From the NCBI GenBank assembly GCA_938091905.1, contig CALKOM010000123.1:1-28750 (forward strand): a stretch of 28,750 nt of DNA, read 5' to 3'. The translations under genes were made by a program, and so were the position numbers. The stretch comes from an uncultured Verrucomicrobiales bacterium (lineage in GTDB: Bacteria > Verrucomicrobiota > Verrucomicrobiia > Verrucomicrobiales > DEV007). Of this stretch, positions 25,880 to 28,750 are shown one piece after another (the first letter of the stretch is position 1; the number at the start of each line of letters is the position of its first letter). The notes beneath the pieces are model-generated. The model was not told the origin of the DNA. It saw only the letters and a program-made list of their open reading frames with translations, and ran no database searches.

Positions 25880-25907
25880 GTCTATTTGCTGACAATATGT
25901 CGCGGTG

Positions 25908-25950
25908 AGAAGCCGTCTGGGATCATTCTGATTTCCAGACGGCTTCTTTA
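25908..25950 (+). terminator. Probable intrinsic terminator after amtB
   Basis: AGAAGCCGTCTGG...CCAGACGGCTTCT, a 13-bp perfect stem ending in CTTCTTTA. Confidence 0.65.
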
Positions 25951-25967
25951 CGTCTGGAAATCGGCAC

Positions 25968-25996
25968 TTGCGGCGGCTGGGGATGGTCCGCACAGT
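25968..25996 (+). promoter_or_regulatory. Candidate sigma70 promoter (leaderless geometry)
   Basis: TTGCGG-N17-CACAGT, ending 6 nt before ATG 26003. Confidence 0.35.
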
Positions 25997-26002
25997 CTAG
26001 TT

Positions 26003-27976
26003 ATGCATCTACGACTTCTCTTGGTGACGATGATCTTGTTAGGTAGTCTGCATGCTCAGACTCCCGGCATTCACACCTCACGCGATGGCAAGGCGCTGGC
26101 CTTGCCCAAGGGAGATGACATGTTTCACTTTGTTATCTATGGTGATCGAACGGGTGGTCCTGCGGAAGGCATCAAGATTCTTGAAGATGCCGTTGTCGAT
26201 ACGAATCTGTTAGATCCAGACCTCGTCATGACGGTGGGCGACTTGATCGATGGCTACAACGAGGAACCGCAGTGGATGGAGCAAATGCGGGAGTTTCACC
26301 AAGTCATGAGCAAGCTTAAGGTGCCATGGTTCCCAGTGGCGGGCAACCACGATGTCTTCTGGCGCGGAAAGAATAAGGATGACCGGCCACCGCTGGAGCA
26401 CGAGGGCAATTATGAAAAGCACTTTGGCCCCCTATGGTATTGGTTCGAGCACAAGGACTGCGGGTTCCTCGTTCTCTATACGGATGAGACGGGAAATACT
26501 AACAAACCCAAAAGCTTCCAAGATCCTGAACAAATGCAAATGAGCGATGAGCAGCTTGCATGGCTCGATAAATCACTCGGCGAAATGAAGGCGCTGAAGC
26601 AGGTCTTTGTGTTTCTCCATCATCCTCGATGGCTTGCGAACTACAGAGAAAGCAATTGGCCTGAAGTTCATCAACGATTGGCCGAAGCTGGTAATGTAAG
26701 GGCGGTGTTTGCGGGGCACATTCATCGATTGAACTATGCTGGTATCAAGGATGGCATCGAGTATATGGCGCTGGCCACGACGGGTGGAGGTATGCCAGGG
26801 CACATGCCGGATATTGGCTATGTGCATCATTACAATTTGGTCACGGTGCGGGATACGGGGATCACGACCGCCATTCTGCCCGTTGGAAGCGTCATTGATC
26901 CCAAGCAGTTTACGAAAGAGCGCCTCGGCGAACTCGATTCCCTTCGCAATCTCGCCGTGGCTTCTGCTTATGGGCCTTTGCGCATTGATGAGCAAGGCTC
27001 GATCAATACCGAGTATGCGGCGCGCTGTACTAACCCAACCACGCAGCCGATTGAACTCACGTTGTTCGCTGAGCCTGGCCAATCGCCCTGGCGGATCTCT
27101 CCGAGTCACCGGCATGTCACTCTCGGCCCCAAGGAAACGCAGACTGTTTCATTTCGAGTATTGCGTGCTGAGGGAACACTGGATGAGCACTTCAAACTAC
27201 CTCATCTAGACTTGGACATCGACTACTTGGAACGGCAGGGTAACCGCGTGACTTTGCCGTCCCGCCGTTTTGAGATTCCCGCTACTCTCAGCAGTGCTTT
27301 GTCAGAAGACTTGTTTGCGGTCGATGAAAACCAGGTGCTTGCCGTTGGTGGCAATGGTGCGATTCGCGTGGACTCAAGGAGTCTTTCGTTGCCGGCTGAT
27401 TCCGCATTCACTTTGGAAGCCTGGATATATGTAGGCGAAGAGCTCACCCAGAATCCGGTCATGGCCAAGACAGAAAGTTCTGACTTTGGTTTTTACATGC
27501 ATAACGGTCAGCTCCAATTTGATGTGCATGTGGGCGGCGATTACCAATCTGTGCAGACTCAGGAGAAGCTCCCTATTGGGTCCTGGCACCATGTGGCCGG
27601 TATCCATGATCAGCGTGAAGTTCGGCTCTACGTCGATGGCAAACTGGTAGGCACGCGGGCTGCGGTCGGCCGCCGGAAGGTGAATGAGCATCCCTTCTAC
27701 ATTGGAGCTGATCCAGACCGCAGGGGCACGCCTAACCGATTCTTCAGCGGCAAGATCGATGAAGTTCGTGTCAGTAAAGTGGCGCGTTATACGGGTGATG
27801 GCTACGACATGCCCTTACGGCATGAGCCTGACAACGACACGATTCTCCTTCTTCACATGGATAAAACTCTGGGCGTCTTTCACCCAGACCAAAGTGCTCG
27901 GTCTGCCCACGGTGTCGCCGTGGGTGAAGGGGCGCGCTTGATGCCTGAAAAGCAGCCTGCTCTGGATACCGACTAG
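26003..27976 (+). CDS. Secreted calcineurin-like metallophosphoesterase with a C-terminal LamG/concanavalin-like domain
   Basis: Signal 'MHLRLLLVTMILLGSLHA'; MPE motifs 'GDRTG', 'VGDLI', 'AGNHD', 'FLHHP', 'AGHIH'; LamG motifs 'FTLEAW', 'WHHVAG', 'LYVDG', 'GKIDEVR'. Confidence 0.88.
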   Translation: MHLRLLLVTMILLGSLHAQTPGIHTSRDGKALALPKGDDMFHFVIYGDRTGGPAEGIKILEDAVVDTNLLDPDLVMTVGDLIDGYNEEPQWMEQMREFHQVMSKLKVPWFPVAGNHDVFWRGKNKDDRPPLEHEGNYEKHFGPLWYWFEHKDCGFLVLYTDETGNTNKPKSFQDPEQMQMSDEQLAWLDKSLGEMKALKQVFVFLHHPRWLANYRESNWPEVHQRLAEAGNVRAVFAGHIHRLNYAGIKDGIEYMALATTGGGMPGHMPDIGYVHHYNLVTVRDTGITTAILPVGSVIDPKQFTKERLGELDSLRNLAVASAYGPLRIDEQGSINTEYAARCTNPTTQPIELTLFAEPGQSPWRISPSHRHVTLGPKETQTVSFRVLRAEGTLDEHFKLPHLDLDIDYLERQGNRVTLPSRRFEIPATLSSALSEDLFAVDENQVLAVGGNGAIRVDSRSLSLPADSAFTLEAWIYVGEELTQNPVMAKTESSDFGFYMHNGQLQFDVHVGGDYQSVQTQEKLPIGSWHHVAGIHDQREVRLYVDGKLVGTRAAVGRRKVNEHPFYIGADPDRRGTPNRFFSGKIDEVRVSKVARYTGDGYDMPLRHEPDNDTILLLHMDKTLGVFHPDQSARSAHGVAVGEGARLMPEKQPALDTD

Positions 27977-27992
27977 GCCTTCATTTCCTGCT

Positions 27993-28750
27993 ATGCCATT
28001 ATCATCTCAAGAATTAGAGCGCTACGCGCGTCATATTACGCTGGGTCAAGTCGGTGTGGAAGGGCAGAAGCGCCTGAAGGCATCGAAAGTGCTCTGTATT
28101 GGATCTGGAGGTCTTGGATCGCCGGTAACGATGTATCTAGCCGCGGCAGGGGTGGGGCAGTTGGGCATTGTCGACTCGGATATTGTCGATCGGTCGAATT
28201 TGCAGCGGCAGATTCTCCATGGAGAGTCTGACATTGGTGCAAAGAAGATCGATTCAGCTCGCAAGACGTTGCTCGAGATTAACCCTCACCTCGTGCTGGA
28301 GTGTCATGACACACTCTTCCGTGCGGACAATGCCATGGAGCTGGCTCAAGGATACGATTTGATTATCGATGGGACAGACAATTTCCCGACACGCTACTTG
28401 AGCAATGATGTGGCCTTCTTCCTCAATATCCCCAATATCTACGGATCTATATATCAGTTTGAGGGGCAAGTGAGCGTCTTTGCTCCGCACGAGGGTGGTC
28501 CATGTTATCGTTGCCTCTTTCCAACGCCGCCTAAGCCTGGATTGGTGCCTAGTTGTGCGGAAGGTGGTGTCTTTGGAGTTCTGCCTGGGATGGTCGGCTC
28601 CATGCAAGCAACCGAAGCTATCAAACGGATCTTGGGTATTGGTAAGTCACTGGTCGGTCGACTCATGCATATTGACACGATGAGCATGCGGGTGCGCACG
28701 TTTGATCTTCGCAAAGATCCTGAGTGCCCTCTCTGCGGCGAGAACCCTAC
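27993..28750 (+). CDS. moeB: Molybdopterin-synthase adenylyltransferase MoeB/ThiF family (truncated by the window end)
   Basis: Not in the ORF track because it has no stop. Manual translation: MPLSSQELERYARHITLGQVGVEGQKRLKASKVLCIGSGGLGSP...SNLQRQ...DGTDNF...PCYRC...PSCAEGGVFG...KDPECPLCG. Confidence 0.93.
   Translation, partial: MPLSSQELERYARHITLGQVGVEGQKRLKASKVLCIGSGGLGSPVTMYLAAAGVGQLGIVDSDIVDRSNLQRQILHGESDIGAKKIDSARKTLLEINPHLVLECHDTLFRADNAMELAQGYDLIIDGTDNFPTRYLSNDVAFFLNIPNIYGSIYQFEGQVSVFAPHEGGPCYRCLFPTPPKPGLVPSCAEGGVFGVLPGMVGSMQATEAIKRILGIGKSLVGRLMHIDTMSMRVRTFDLRKDPECPLCGENP

Noticed and set aside
25886..26002. Longer start for the phosphoesterase
   Set aside because: It runs through the amtB terminator; the signal peptide begins at ATG 26003.

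Overview
A gene-dense bacterial chromosomal segment, probably Verrucomicrobiota or another PVC lineage (inferred from the PEP-CTERM protein, the MFS-Aas fusion and the general gene set). It is mostly housekeeping and metabolic. Left: a YbjN-like protein, a GYF_2/bPH_2 membrane protein, an Ldh_2 oxidoreductase divergent from a MetE-C-terminal-like Zn enzyme plus a UlaG-like MBL hydrolase, a PEP-CTERM protein, a TPR protein, araB-araD, an orphan TolC, a D-2-hydroxyacid dehydrogenase, DJ-1/PfpI and a secreted hypothetical protein. Centre: a tightly packed minus-strand run cysS-hemB-(MFS/acyltransferase/degenerate acyl-ACP synthetase)-very small Mini-III-like RNase-exported MsrB-eboA-eboB(TatD). 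Right: a decayed M56 peptidase/GNAT pseudogene patch, an RpoD-family sigma factor divergent from an amtB with a sigma54-type promoter, a metallophosphoesterase-LamG protein and a moeB cut by the window end. I found no rRNA, tRNA, CRISPR array, integrase or transposase. The best leads are the Ldh_2/MetE-like/MBL module (possible uncharacterised catabolic pathway), the 97-aa RNase III-fold protein, the two-gene ebo fragment and the degenerate Aas adenylation domain. All family calls come from motifs recognised by eye; no searches were run.
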